From positions 832,001 through 896,000 of the forward strand of contig OZ219858.1 of the NCBI GenBank assembly GCA_964291395.2: a DNA stretch of 64,000 nt. The letters run 5' to 3'. The notes under the pieces are model-generated. The model was given only the letters and a program-made list of their open reading frames with translations. It did not search any database and had not been told where the DNA came from. This document shows, piece after piece, positions 11,236 to 21,465 of this stretch. The position numbers and the translations under genes were made by a program. How positions within the stretch are numbered: the stretch's first letter is position 1; each line of letters begins with the position of its first letter. The stretch comes from Alphaproteobacteria bacterium (GTDB taxonomy: Bacteria; Pseudomonadota; Alphaproteobacteria; UBA2966).

Positions 11236-12276
11236 CTAGTCCCCAAGCATGGCGCAACAAGCAAAAACATCGGGGCATTGGCGACCGCCGGTTGATGACC
11301 GTGCCGTGCCGAAGCTCCCTCGTTGTTCGGTGACGAACGCGGCCAGCCCTTCGATGAACCTCGGGTGCGTCCGAACCGTTCCAGCCCGTTCATAAGCCGA
11401 CACGCCGGCGGCCTCGGCGATCCGACGATACCGGATATCAAGCTCCACGAGAGTTTCCGAATGCTCGGAGACGAAGGCAATGGGGACGACGACCACAGGC
11501 AGGCCCTCGGCGCCGGCCCTCGTGATTTCCTCCTCCGTTTCCGGTCCGATCCACTTCAAGGGCCCGACACGGCTCTGATAACAGACGACCCAGGAACTGG
11601 CATCGAGATTCGATTTATCAGCTACCGCCTCCGCCGTCCGTTCGACCTGCCATTGATAAGGATCTCCGTCAGAGACGACCCTTCGAGGCAGGCCATGCGC
11701 CGAGAACAGGACGCGCGGCTTCCGTCCGCCGCTCACCGAGGCACAGCGCGACATTGCCTTCGAGAGGATTTCCGCCTGAGCCGAGACAAAGGACTCATCG
11801 GTCGGATAACAACACACGGCGGTCGTAGGCAGGTCGATCCCCGCGGTCCTCGCCGCCCGTCGCCAGGCGCTCAGCGACGACGCCGTCGTCGTCGTCGAGA
11901 ATTGAGGATAAAGGGGCAGCAGACATATCCGATCGGGTGCGTAGCGTGCGACATTGCGCGCGGCCTCTTCGCTGAAGGGATGCCAATAGCGCATCGCGAT
12001 GAAGACACGGTACTCCCCACGCTCATCGAGAACGTTCTGTAACGCTTCCGCTTGCGCCCGGGTTTCGTCGAGAATCGGAGATGCCCCGCCCAGTTCGGCG
12101 TAGATCCGGGTCGCCTTCAGTGTCCTACGCTTCGCAATCCACCAGGCGAGTAAAGATCGCAGCGGATCTGGTACCCGCAAAATCGCCGGGTCTCTGAAGA
12201 GGTTGGCCAGGAAAGGACGTACGGCCGCTGGACCGTCCGGGCCACCCAAATTGAACAAAACCACCGCCGTCTTCAA
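11236..12276 (-). CDS. hemH: ferrochelatase
   Basis: NLGGP, LPLYPQFS, FSAHGLP, YQSRVGP..W, SEHSETLVELD. Confidence 0.97.
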   Translation of the reverse strand: MKTAVVLFNLGGPDGPAAVRPFLANLFRDPAILRVPDPLRSLLAWWIAKRRTLKATRIYAELGGASPILDETRAQAEALQNVLDERGEYRVFIAMRYWHPFSEEAARNVARYAPDRICLLPLYPQFSTTTTASSLSAWRRAARTAGIDLPTTAVCCYPTDESFVSAQAEILSKAMSRCASVSGGRKPRVLFSAHGLPRRVVSDGDPYQWQVERTAEAVADKSNLDASSWVVCYQSRVGPLKWIGPETEEEITRAGAEGLPVVVVPIAFVSEHSETLVELDIRYRRIAEAAGVSAYERAGTVRTHPRFIEGLAAFVTEQRGSFGTARSSTGGRQCPDVFACCAMLGD

Positions 12277-13337
12277 AACGAGCGCACCGCCGCCACCAAA
12301 GCGGAGACGTTTTCGGGCGGTGTCGTCCTCAAAATACCATGCCCCAAGTTGAAAACGAACGGTCCTTTCCCGAGAACAGAAACGATTTCCCGAGAGGCCG
12401 AGACCATTGCGTCCCCTCCCACCAGCAAGGAGACGGGGTCAAGATTCCCTTGTACGGCACAAATGCTCTGCAGGTCGCTCGCCGCCCAAAGCAGCGGGAC
12501 CGAGCTGTCGATACTGACCGCGTCGACACCCGTCGCCTTCGCATAGGTCGCGTACCCGACCCCGGCGCCGCGCGGAAACCCTATGATAGGGGTTTCGGGA
12601 TGTTGCCGACGGACGCGCGAGACGATCTCCTTCACCGGCTCCACGCACCAACGAATGAACTGAGCTTCCGGCAAGACACCCGCCCAGGTATCGAAGATCT
12701 GCAAGACATCGGCACCAGCGTTGACCTGAGCGATAAGGTGTTCGGACGTCGCGTCGACAAGGATATCGACGAGTTCCTGAAATCGGGTTTCACCAGAAAA
12801 CGCCCAGCCTTTCACAGCAGAGAAATCACGGCTGCTTCCTCCTTCAACCATATAAGTCGCGACAGTCCAGGGGGCTCCGGCAAACCCGATCAGCGAAACC
12901 TGGTTGGGCAACGCGGAAGAAACCCGTTCCAATGCGACATACGCAGGTGACAGATGCTCGTGAAGGCGGGTTTTGTCGAGGCTCTCCAACTGCTCTCTTG
13001 TGCGGATGGCATCCAGAACCGGGCCTTCCCCTTCTTCGAACCTCACACCCTGTCCCAGGGCATAAGGAATTACCAGGATGTCCGAAAATATGATCGCGGC
13101 ATCCAGCCCGAACCGCCGGACGGGCTGGAGCGTCACTTCGGCCGCGAGATCCGGAGTGCAGCAGAGCGTAAGGAAATCTCCGGCCGACTTCCTGACCTCC
13201 CGATATTCAGGCAGATACCGACCTGCTTGCCGCATCAACCAGATGGGCGGTGGTGAAACGGTCTCACCGCCGACCGCCCTCACGAGTGGTTTGCTCCAGC
13301 CTTTGGCACGCGCGTTCGGATGAACCACCGTGTTCAC
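12273..13337 (-). CDS. hemE: uroporphyrinogen decarboxylase
   Basis: PIWLMRQAGRYLPEY, FSDILV, QGNLDP, FNLGHG. Confidence 0.97.
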   Translation of the reverse strand: MNTVVHPNARAKGWSKPLVRAVGGETVSPPPIWLMRQAGRYLPEYREVRKSAGDFLTLCCTPDLAAEVTLQPVRRFGLDAAIIFSDILVIPYALGQGVRFEEGEGPVLDAIRTREQLESLDKTRLHEHLSPAYVALERVSSALPNQVSLIGFAGAPWTVATYMVEGGSSRDFSAVKGWAFSGETRFQELVDILVDATSEHLIAQVNAGADVLQIFDTWAGVLPEAQFIRWCVEPVKEIVSRVRRQHPETPIIGFPRGAGVGYATYAKATGVDAVSIDSSVPLLWAASDLQSICAVQGNLDPVSLLVGGDAMVSASREIVSVLGKGPFVFNLGHGILRTTPPENVSALVAAVRSF

Positions 13338-13743
13338 GTATGTCCAGTGAGCAACATATAACTACTTATATAATAGAAATATGTAGTTGTGATTGTACCG
13401 TGACCTACGGGGATTCTTTTTGCTTCACAGTTTATTCAATGTCAGCTTCGGGGCCCAATTCACCACGATAGATTCTGTGTAAGCTTGCTGGCCAATTTAC
13501 GAGAGCCTCGGAATGCATACCGGTAATCGATGAATGAAATACGGTGATAACATGGGCATGGCTTGCGGCCCGATGGATTATTCACGTAGTCGAATGCGTG
13601 CGGGAGGCTTTACTCACAGTCTGATGGATCGCGAAGAGAATCCGAATGTTCGTGGATCGATTCGCCGGTAGATCAACCTCGCGTAGTTATCCAGAGTTCT
13701 GGAGCCGATTATCCCCGGAGAGTCGCATGCATCAGGAGTTTTT
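13338..13743. other. probable chromosomal replication origin (oriC)
   Basis: ~400-bp low-GC gap between hemE and the DUF299 gene, the usual alphaproteobacterial oriC position; AT-rich tract ~13352-13390; DnaA-box-like 9-mers TTATTCACG 13578, TTACTCACA 13610, TTATCCAGA 13687, TTATCCCCG 13709; several GANTC sites; parS/parA 10-13 kb away. Confidence 0.8.
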
Positions 13744-14556
13744 GTGAAAAAGTTTCATCTGCACCTGGTATCCGACGCAACCGGTGAGACGCTCATCGGC
13801 TTGACCCAGGCCGTGATCGCGCAGTTTGATGCCGCGCAGCCGACGCAGCATCTGTGGGCGTTGGTCAGAAGCACCGAACAGGTCGACAAGGTTTTGGCAG
13901 AGGTAGACGCCAATCCGGGGATTGTCCTGTTTACGCTGGTTGACGTCCAAGTGCGGGATGCTCTGACCAGGGGCTGTCGGAAGCTTCAAGTGCCGTGCAT
14001 TCCGGTCCTGGAACCGCTATTTGCGGCGTTCAGTCAGTTCCTCGGCCAGCAACCTCAGCACCTGCCGGGTATTCAGCACGCGCTCGATTCGACCTACTTT
14101 GATCGTATTGAAGCTATGGGCTTCTGTCTCGCGCACGACGACGGACAATCTCTTGAGACGTTGCGGGATGCGGATATCGTTCTGGTTGGCGTTTCACGCA
14201 CCTCCAAGACACCCACGTCGGTGTATCTGGCCAACCGAGGATTGAAGGTCGCCAACGTTCCCTTGGTCCCCGGCTTTCCGGAACCCCAGGAACTCGTCGC
14301 GCTCGATGGACCCGCTGTCATCGGCTTGACGACCAATCCTGATCGTCTTGTTCAGCTGCGTCTGAACCGGCTTTCAGTACTCAATCAGGACGGAGAGACG
14401 GACTATGTCGCGATGGACTCGATTCGAGAGGAGGTGGCACGGGCGCGGAGGGTCTTTGCGCGTTACGACTGGCCGGTTATCGACGTGACGCGAAGGTCCA
14501 TAGAGGAAACGGCGGCTGCAATCCTGAACATCTACAACGAGCGACAGTCGGCGTGA
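13744..14556 (+). CDS. pyruvate,water/phosphate dikinase regulatory kinase/pyrophosphorylase (DUF299)
   Basis: HLVSDATGET, HDDG, GVSRTSKTPTS.YLA, DVTRRSIEETA. Confidence 0.95.
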   Translation: MKKFHLHLVSDATGETLIGLTQAVIAQFDAAQPTQHLWALVRSTEQVDKVLAEVDANPGIVLFTLVDVQVRDALTRGCRKLQVPCIPVLEPLFAAFSQFLGQQPQHLPGIQHALDSTYFDRIEAMGFCLAHDDGQSLETLRDADIVLVGVSRTSKTPTSVYLANRGLKVANVPLVPGFPEPQELVALDGPAVIGLTTNPDRLVQLRLNRLSVLNQDGETDYVAMDSIREEVARARRVFARYDWPVIDVTRRSIEETAAAILNIYNERQSA

Positions 14557-15158
14557 GCAAGTCCGGTGTCCTCGTGCTTGCAAGCGCAAGCCCTGTCAGA
14601 AGTTGGGTTCTCAGGAATGCGGGTCTCACCTTCGAGGTCGATGCCGCGGAGATCGATGAATCAGAAATCAAGAAGGACTGTCATGCGGCAGCTATGACTG
14701 CAGAAGACGTCGCGACCACAATTGCTGAAGCCAAGGCGTTAGCTGTGTCGCGACGCCGGCCAGACGCCTGGGTGATCGGGGCTGATCAGGTTTTGGTGTT
14801 CGAAGGGACCATCTTCGACAAACCCATGGATGTCGAGGAAGCCGTGTCCCATTTGCGCCGGTTTCGAGGCCGTTCGCACGACCTCGTCAGCGCGGTCTGT
14901 GTCGCGTTCGGGAGCCGGTCACGGTGGTTGTATTCGGAGGCCGTTACGTTGCATGTCCGGGACTTCTCGAACGCGTTTCTCGACACGTACATCGCCGACG
15001 CGGGCGAGGGCATTCTCGCCTCGGTCGGCGCATATCGACTCGAAGGGTTGGGCGCGCAGTTGTTCTCCAGAATCGAAGGGGATTATTTCGCCGTGTTGGG
15101 ACTTCCGCTCCTGCCGCTGCTCAACTTCCTGCGTGACAGAGAGGTGATCGCGACGTGA
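14553..15158 (+). CDS. maf: Maf family nucleotide pyrophosphatase
   Basis: LASAS, VIGADQ, KP, VGAYRLEG, GDYFAVLGLPL. Confidence 0.93.
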   Translation: MSKSGVLVLASASPVRSWVLRNAGLTFEVDAAEIDESEIKKDCHAAAMTAEDVATTIAEAKALAVSRRRPDAWVIGADQVLVFEGTIFDKPMDVEEAVSHLRRFRGRSHDLVSAVCVAFGSRSRWLYSEAVTLHVRDFSNAFLDTYIADAGEGILASVGAYRLEGLGAQLFSRIEGDYFAVLGLPLLPLLNFLRDREVIAT

Positions 15159-16015
15159 GAAATTCGGCTGCGGGGCGGATAGCCGGTATTTTCGGCTGGC
15201 CCGTCGCACACTCACGGTCACCGCTCCTGCATGGATTTTGGTTGGATTTCTACGGCATCGACGGCGCCTACGTGCCGCTCGCCGTCGCTCCCGAGCACTT
15301 CCATCAGGCGCTCCGTACCCTGCCGCGGCTAGGGTTCGTCGGCGCCAATGTCACCGTCCCGCATAAGGAGGCGGCACTGGAAGCCGTGGATGACGCCGAT
15401 GAACTGGCTCAGCGGGTCGGGGCCGTAAACACTGTCGTAGTTCGCGAAGATGGCAGCCTTCATGGATCCAATACCGACGCATTCGGGTTCATTGAGAACC
15501 TTCGCGAATTCGTGCCGGATTGGACGGCAGGCAGCGGTCCAGCGGTTGTCGTTGGCGCTGGCGGCGCCGCGCGGGCCATCGCGTTCGCGCTCGTCGACGC
15601 CGGCGCGCCCGAAATCAGAATCGTCAACCGGACGTCCGCGCGGGCCGACGCCTTGGCCGACGAGTTGGGCCCTGCGGCGAGGACCTGGCCATGGATCGAC
15701 CGTGCCGGATCGTTGAACGAAGCCGGATTACTGGTCAACACCACGAAGCTCGGTATGCAGGGCGAAGCGTCCCTCGACCTGCCGCTCGACGCCCTGCCTC
15801 TGGAAGCCGTCGTCACGGATGCCGTCTACGTACCCTTGGAGACCGCTCTTCTCGCCGAGGCGGCAGAGCGCGGCAATCGCGTCGTTGACGGGTTGGGGAT
15901 GCTGCTGCACCAGGCACGCCCGGGATTCGAAGTCTGGTTTGGGGTGACGCCAGTGGTCACGGAAGAGCTGCGTGCCTATGTTGAAGCGGATCTGAAAGGC
16001 TTGCCGCGAACGTGA
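15155..16015 (+). CDS. aroE: shikimate dehydrogenase
   Basis: HSRSP, GANVTVPHKE, NTD, GAGGAARA, DGLGMLLHQA. Confidence 0.96.
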   Translation: MRNSAAGRIAGIFGWPVAHSRSPLLHGFWLDFYGIDGAYVPLAVAPEHFHQALRTLPRLGFVGANVTVPHKEAALEAVDDADELAQRVGAVNTVVVREDGSLHGSNTDAFGFIENLREFVPDWTAGSGPAVVVGAGGAARAIAFALVDAGAPEIRIVNRTSARADALADELGPAARTWPWIDRAGSLNEAGLLVNTTKLGMQGEASLDLPLDALPLEAVVTDAVYVPLETALLAEAAERGNRVVDGLGMLLHQARPGFEVWFGVTPVVTEELRAYVEADLKGLPRT

Positions 16016-16653
16016 TCATACTCGGCCTCACCGGTTCGATCGGCATGGGTAAGACCACCGCCGCCAACGCGTTCCGCCAGATCGGGGTCCCCGTGTTCGA
16101 CGCGGACGCGGAAGTTCATCGTCTGCTGGGCAAAGGCGGTGCGGCTGTGGCAGAGGTGGAGACCGCGTTCTCGGATGTCGTTTGTGGCGGTGCCGTCGAC
16201 CGCGACGCGTTGGGTCGGCGGGTGTTCGGCGATACAGACGCCCTGAGAAAGCTCGAAGGTATACTCCATCCGAAAGTCAGAGCATCGCGGGCCCGGTTCA
16301 TCCGCTTGGCCGAGTCCCGTGGCGAGAGCTTGGTCCTGCTCGACATTCCGTTGTTGTTCGAAACCGCCGGCGAGGCGGAGTGCGACTTTACCTGTGTGGT
16401 GAGTGCCCCACATTTCGTGCAGTCGGACCGTGTGATGAGGCGTCCCGGGATGACACTGGAAAAACTTGCGGGCGTATTGGCGCGCCAGATGCCGGATGCC
16501 GAGAAGCGGAGACAGGCCGACTTTGTCATTCCGACCGGGAACGGAAGGCGCTACTCCTTGCAGCGGATCAAGTCCATTGTCACAATGCTGCGCCGGAGCG
16601 CCAAAGGCAAACGTGCACGGCCGCCAACCCGGTACGGATCAAATTCTTCGTAG
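16012..16653 (+). CDS. coaE: dephospho-CoA kinase
   Basis: GLTGSIGMGKTT, DAD, HP.V, DIPLLFE. Confidence 0.96.
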   Translation: MIILGLTGSIGMGKTTAANAFRQIGVPVFDADAEVHRLLGKGGAAVAEVETAFSDVVCGGAVDRDALGRRVFGDTDALRKLEGILHPKVRASRARFIRLAESRGESLVLLDIPLLFETAGEAECDFTCVVSAPHFVQSDRVMRRPGMTLEKLAGVLARQMPDAEKRRQADFVIPTGNGRRYSLQRIKSIVTMLRRSAKGKRARPPTRYGSNSS

Positions 16654-16672
16654 CGCCGCCTCGCTCAAGTGA

Positions 16673-17338
16673 ATGCGTGAAATCGTCGTCGACACCGAAA
16701 CCACGGGATTGAGCCCTGCGGCCGGACACCGTGTCATCGAGATCGGTTGCCTCGAGCTCGTCAATCATGTGCCCACGGGCTCAATATTCCATGAGTACCT
16801 GAATCCCGAACGGAGCGTGCCGGAAGAAGCCGTGCAAATCCACGGTCTCACGGACGAATTCGTGGCAACAAAGCCGTTATTCGAGTCGGTCGCCGATGCC
16901 TTCCTGGAATTCGTGGCCGAGTCACGGTTGATCATTCACAATGCCGAATTCGATCTCGGCTTCTTGAATGCCGAACTGGCGCGCGCGGGTCGCGGCACCT
17001 TGCGGAACAGCGTGGTCGACACCGTGGCCCTGGCGCGCAAGAAGTATCCCGGTGGGCAAGCCAACCTGGACGCGTTATGCCGGCGCTTCAATATCGACAA
17101 TTCGGAACGGACGAAGCACGGAGCTCTGTTGGATGCCGAACTGCTCGCGGAAGTGTACCTGGAATTGATCGGTGGGCGGCAACCAGGTTTGACATTTGGG
17201 ACCCGCGCGACCGTCATAGAGGATGTCGGCAGTGCCACGTTGGAGCGGGTGCCTCGCCGCCACGAGCCGACGGAAGGGGAACTCGCTGCTCACGAGGCAT
17301 TCGTGGATACGCTGGTAAACCCGATCTGGCGCAGATAG
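16673..17338 (+). CDS. dnaQ: DNA polymerase III epsilon subunit
   Basis: DTETTG, HNAEFD, HGALLDAELLAEVY. Confidence 0.97.
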   Translation: MREIVVDTETTGLSPAAGHRVIEIGCLELVNHVPTGSIFHEYLNPERSVPEEAVQIHGLTDEFVATKPLFESVADAFLEFVAESRLIIHNAEFDLGFLNAELARAGRGTLRNSVVDTVALARKKYPGGQANLDALCRRFNIDNSERTKHGALLDAELLAEVYLELIGGRQPGLTFGTRATVIEDVGSATLERVPRRHEPTEGELAAHEAFVDTLVNPIWRR

Positions 17339-17374
17339 TCCGTCGAACAGGGCACCGCCCGCATCCCGCATCCG

Positions 17375-17869
17375 TCACTCAGGAACGGTGGCGGCCATGT
17401 TGGGGTCTGCTTCGGAGACGTCCCGCTTGGCCCGGTGTTGACGGTAGAGCTCGGAAAAATTGATCGGATCCAGCAACAGGGGTGCGAAACCCCCGTCACG
17501 AGTCGTCTCGGCGATGACGCGCCGGGCGAACGGGAACATAATCCGGGGGCACTCGATCATGCATGCGGACTCGAGTCGTTCGGGCGGGAAGTTCTGAATC
17601 AGAAACACGCCTGAGTACTGAAGCTCGACAACGAACAATGTGCTGCCGTCACGGGACGCATTCGCCGTAATTCTGAGGCCTACTTCGTAGTTGGAGTTTC
17701 CGAGAGACCGCGCGTCGACGTCGACGTCGACGTTGATGACCGGTTGGCTTCGTTCCGATCGTAGACTGCTTGGGGCGTTGGGATTCTCGAACGAGAGATC
17801 CTTGACGTACTGCGCCCTGATACTCAGCCGCGGCGCCGCCCGCGTACTGCCGTCAGCGGCATCCGACAT
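17375..17869 (-). CDS. secB: protein-export chaperone SecB
   Basis: QYVKDLSFENPNAP, ECPRIMFPFARR, GGFAPLLLDPINF; likely ATG 17869. Confidence 0.96.
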   Translation of the reverse strand: MSDAADGSTRAAPRLSIRAQYVKDLSFENPNAPSSLRSERSQPVINVDVDVDARSLGNSNYEVGLRITANASRDGSTLFVVELQYSGVFLIQNFPPERLESACMIECPRIMFPFARRVIAETTRDGGFAPLLLDPINFSELYRQHRAKRDVSEADPNMAATVPE

Positions 17870-17904
17870 GCTGCGTTCCCTGGCGTTGGACCTTGTTGTA
17901 CCAC

Positions 17905-18432
17905 TCAAGTCCGCGTTCGGCCGGCCGGGCCCTGATTTTCATCGGCGGCATCCCCATTGGCGATCGAAGATTGTTCGTGAGGTTTCCCGTTCGAGCCTGC
18001 AACGGAATATTCCCCTTCGATCGTTGTCGGCTCACCGCCTTTTGCGGAAGCGTCACCATTCTTTCGATCCCCGTGTCTGTCAAGAAATTGCGTGAGCACG
18101 GCCGTTCGTATGAGCCCTCGAATGGTTGGAACGAGGAACAACGCGCCGATGGCGTCGGTCACGAAGCCGGGTGTCAGCAGAAGTGCACCAGCCAGTAGCA
18201 GGCAGATGCCATCGAAGATTTCGCGAACGGGAAGTCGGCCTGCGGCGAAGCTGTCTCGCGCCTGACCAAGGATGGCCAAGCCTTGATGGCGGATAAGCGC
18301 GGAACCTGCTAGGGCCGTCAAGACGATTGCTCCGAGCGTAGGCCAGAGGCCGATGGCCCCGCCCACCTGTATGAACACGCCGATCTCTATCAGCGGAACG
18401 GCGATGAGTACTGACAGCAGAAGGAGTGGCAT
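17905..18432 (-). CDS. fxsA: FxsA membrane protein
   Basis: PLIEI, LLLTPGFVTDAIG, TIEGEY. Confidence 0.93.
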   Translation of the reverse strand: MPLLLLSVLIAVPLIEIGVFIQVGGAIGLWPTLGAIVLTALAGSALIRHQGLAILGQARDSFAAGRLPVREIFDGICLLLAGALLLTPGFVTDAIGALFLVPTIRGLIRTAVLTQFLDRHGDRKNGDASAKGGEPTTIEGEYSVAGSNGKPHEQSSIANGDAADENQGPAGRTRT

Positions 18433-18622
18433 GAATTGCGCTCTTGCGCTGTGTCGCCCGGGGAGGCGATGGGTTACAGAGGTCCTGACTCTGGACCACG
18501 TCCCGACAAGCCGCTAGTGTACCATCTATCGACACGCCCGGAGTTTTGATGCCACGACGGGGATCCGGCATGTCGGACTGGGCCATTGTTGTGGCGTGGC
18601 TTCTTCCACAGGATCGTAGACA

Positions 18623-19303
18623 ATGGGCGAGGGCTTCCCATTTCTTGACATCGTATTGTTCGCCATGGTGGCGGCGTTCATCATTCTGCGCCTGCGGGGT
18701 GTTTTGGGTCGGCGTCCGGGAAATGGTCGGTCCGGTCAAGGTTCCCCGTCGCGCCAGCAAAGCACGGAAGAGAACGTCATCAGTTTGCCGGATCGCGCGC
18801 AGGACACGGCCGAATCGGCCGAACCGGAGTATGCGTCCGAGGAAGAGGCTATCGTTGCGGCGGGCCTCGCCGAGATTCGCCTCGCCGACCCGCGGTTCGA
18901 TGCCGAAGAGTTTCTCCGGGGCGCTCGTATGGCGTACGAGATGATCGTCACCGCGTACGCCGTGGCCGATGATGCGATTCTTCGCCAGCTCCTGTCGGAC
19001 GAGGTCTACGAGAATTTCGCTGGGGCGATCCAGGAGCGGATTGCCGAGGGGCACACGTTGGAAACGACGCTGCTGACCATTCATACCGCGGACATCGTGG
19101 AGGCCCAGGTGTCCGGTGAAGTCGTCGAAATCACCGTCAAGTTCGTCGCCGACGTTATCAATGTGACACGAGAGGAAAACGGAACCGTTGTCACGGGCGA
19201 TCCGGATCAGGCGCAGGACGTAACCGATTTCTGGACGTTTGCGCATGAGATCCGAAGCTCTGATCCGAATTGGCAGTTGGTCGAGACCCGTAGCCCGCAA
19301 TAG
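18623..19303 (+). CDS. Tim44/TimA family adaptor protein
   Basis: DIVLFAMVAAFIILRLRGVLGRR, FDAEEFL.GA, WTF...S.DPNWQL; divergent from fxsA as usual. Confidence 0.92.
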   Translation: MGEGFPFLDIVLFAMVAAFIILRLRGVLGRRPGNGRSGQGSPSRQQSTEENVISLPDRAQDTAESAEPEYASEEEAIVAAGLAEIRLADPRFDAEEFLRGARMAYEMIVTAYAVADDAILRQLLSDEVYENFAGAIQERIAEGHTLETTLLTIHTADIVEAQVSGEVVEITVKFVADVINVTREENGTVVTGDPDQAQDVTDFWTFAHEIRSSDPNWQLVETRSPQ

Positions 19304-19306
19304 TCC

Positions 19307-20533
19307 ATGAACGGGCGGCATATCGGAGGGGTCGGTGTCTCTCTCGTCGCGTTGTTCGTTGCGCTGGCAGCCTCGTGGTTGCTGAAGCCATTGCCCGCCA
19401 CTGAGTCGTCCATCGAATTCCGTCCCGTCGGGTTTGACGCCCTGCGCGAGTGGGAGGAGGACGACCCAGGTCCGGCGCTCGAGGCCTTCGTCCGTTCTTG
19501 CGGTCGACTGGGCGGGCTTCCGCCGCAACAACCCGTTGGGTCCAAAACGGTCGGTATCAAGCCGTCGGATTTGCGTGGGGCGTGCCGGCGGGCACGTGAG
19601 GTGGAGAGCGGTGATGCTGCCGAGGTCCGTCGCTATTTTGAGACCGAGTTCGAACCGGTTGCGGTTACTGGCGTCGGCAAGGCCGAGGGCCTATTTACCG
19701 GATATTACGAACCGCTGTTCGAGGGCAGCCGCCAACGGATAGGCCGCTTCAACGTGCCGATTCACGGACGGCCCGAGGATTTGGTCACGGCAAATCTGGG
19801 TGACTTTCGTCCCGAGTGGAACGGGATTCAGTTGGTGGGTCGGTTGAACGATGGGAGGCTCAGACCGTTCGAAACCCGTGCTGCCATCGAACGCGGAGAA
19901 CTGGCAGATCGGGCCAAGCCGATCATCTGGTTGCGAGATGAAGTCGACGCGTTCTTTCTCCACATCCAGGGTACTGGCCGCATAAACCTCAACGATGGTA
20001 CCCAAACCCGTGTCGGTTTCACCGCCAGCAACGGACATCCTTATACGGCGATCGGCAGGGAATTGGTGGAGCGGGGTGCGTTGCCGGAAGATGGCGTCTC
20101 GATGCAGTCGATTCGACAATGGCTCAAATCGAATCCGCGGATGGCGAGGAACGTGATGTCCTCCAATGCGCGGTACATTTTCTTTCGCGAGATCGCCGGC
20201 GAAGGTCCGATCGGTGCGGGACAGGTTGTTCTGACACCTGGCCGTTCGCTTGCGGTCGACACTACGCTGTTGCCGCTTCATGCCCCGGTTTGGCTGGAGA
20301 CGTCAATGCCGTCCACTGCTGACAATCCCGACGGGGCGCCGCTGCGCCGGCTGCTCATTGCGCAGGATACGGGCAGCGCCATTCGCGGAGCGGTGCGGGG
20401 CGACGTTTTCTGGGGTAGCGGACCGGCGGCCGAGGAAGTCGCGGGAAAGATGAGCGAGACGGGGCGCTATTATCTGTTGCTTCCGAAAGGCACGCGCGAA
20501 CGAATTGTCGCCGGTATGCAAAAGGCGAACTGA
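19307..20533 (+). CDS. mltA: membrane-bound lytic murein transglycosylase A
   Basis: FTGYYEP, FFLHIQG.G, RSLAVD, AQDTGSAIRGAVRGDVFWG. Confidence 0.95.
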   Translation: MNGRHIGGVGVSLVALFVALAASWLLKPLPATESSIEFRPVGFDALREWEEDDPGPALEAFVRSCGRLGGLPPQQPVGSKTVGIKPSDLRGACRRAREVESGDAAEVRRYFETEFEPVAVTGVGKAEGLFTGYYEPLFEGSRQRIGRFNVPIHGRPEDLVTANLGDFRPEWNGIQLVGRLNDGRLRPFETRAAIERGELADRAKPIIWLRDEVDAFFLHIQGTGRINLNDGTQTRVGFTASNGHPYTAIGRELVERGALPEDGVSMQSIRQWLKSNPRMARNVMSSNARYIFFREIAGEGPIGAGQVVLTPGRSLAVDTTLLPLHAPVWLETSMPSTADNPDGAPLRRLLIAQDTGSAIRGAVRGDVFWGSGPAAEEVAGKMSETGRYYLLLPKGTRERIVAGMQKAN

Positions 20534-20658
20534 GGGACGGTTTCAGCCGGCGGCGCAGGTGCGTTCGGCTTGCACGGCGGCACGACGTGGGATTTATTGG
20601 GCGACGCGCAAAGAACCCACGCGAGGACCGGCTAGTGAACGCGGGACGGTCTCCAAAG

Positions 20659-21465
20659 ATGCCAAGCATCCCCGACACGGTGGATCCACGGAGGGACGGG
20701 ACTCGACGTGTGGGGTTGTTCGTCACCTGTCTGGTGGATCTGTTTCGCCCGACGGTGGGCTTCGCCGCCGTCAAACTCTTGAAACATGCCGGTTGCGTTG
20801 TCGAAATTCCCGCGACCCAGACCTGCTGCGGACAGCCCGCCTACAACTCGGGGGCACGATCGGAAGCGCAGGCGATCGCCCGGCAAGTTGTCGCGGCCTT
20901 CGACGGGTTCGATTGGGTGGTCGCGCCATCGGGAAGCTGCGCCGGTATGTTGCACCGCCATTATCCAGATCTGCTCAGCGACGACGCCGAATGGGGACCA
21001 CGTGCCGTGGCTCTCGCTGGCCGCGCGCGAGAGCTCATGTCCTTTCTGGTCGATGTTTGTGGCGTCACATCCGTGGAGGCTTCGTTTCGCGGTATCGCGG
21101 CCTATCATGATTCGTGTTCGAGCCTTCGCGAAATGGGCGTCCGGGATCAGCCCCGCGAACTGCTGACCGGCATCAGCGGCCTGGAGTTGCGGGAGGTTCC
21201 CGAAGCCGAAGCCTGTTGCGGTTTCGGCGGCTCCTTCTCCGTGAAATACGGGCCCATATCCACGGATATCGTGAGCCGCAAGACGGATGCCTTGGCTTCG
21301 GTGAAACCGGACATGGTGGTGGGTGGCGATCTCGGTTGCCTGATGAACATTGCAGGCAAGATGCGCCGGGACGGGACTGGTATCGCCGTTCGCCATGCCG
21401 CGGAACTTCTTGCGGACATGACGGAAGATGCCGCGATCGGGGCGCCGGAGCGGGCAGAAGTCTAG
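20659..21465 (+). CDS. lutA: lactate utilization Fe-S (CCG-domain) protein LutA/YkgE/LldE
   Basis: LFVTCLVD, QTCCGQPAYNSG, YHDSCS, CCGFGGSFSVK, DLGCLMNI. Confidence 0.92.
   Translation: MPSIPDTVDPRRDGTRRVGLFVTCLVDLFRPTVGFAAVKLLKHAGCVVEIPATQTCCGQPAYNSGARSEAQAIARQVVAAFDGFDWVVAPSGSCAGMLHRHYPDLLSDDAEWGPRAVALAGRARELMSFLVDVCGVTSVEASFRGIAAYHDSCSSLREMGVRDQPRELLTGISGLELREVPEAEACCGFGGSFSVKYGPISTDIVSRKTDALASVKPDMVVGGDLGCLMNIAGKMRRDGTGIAVRHAAELLADMTEDAAIGAPERAEV

Noticed and set aside
17714-17732. GTCGAC tandem repeat
   Set aside because: Simply encodes VDVDVD in SecB.
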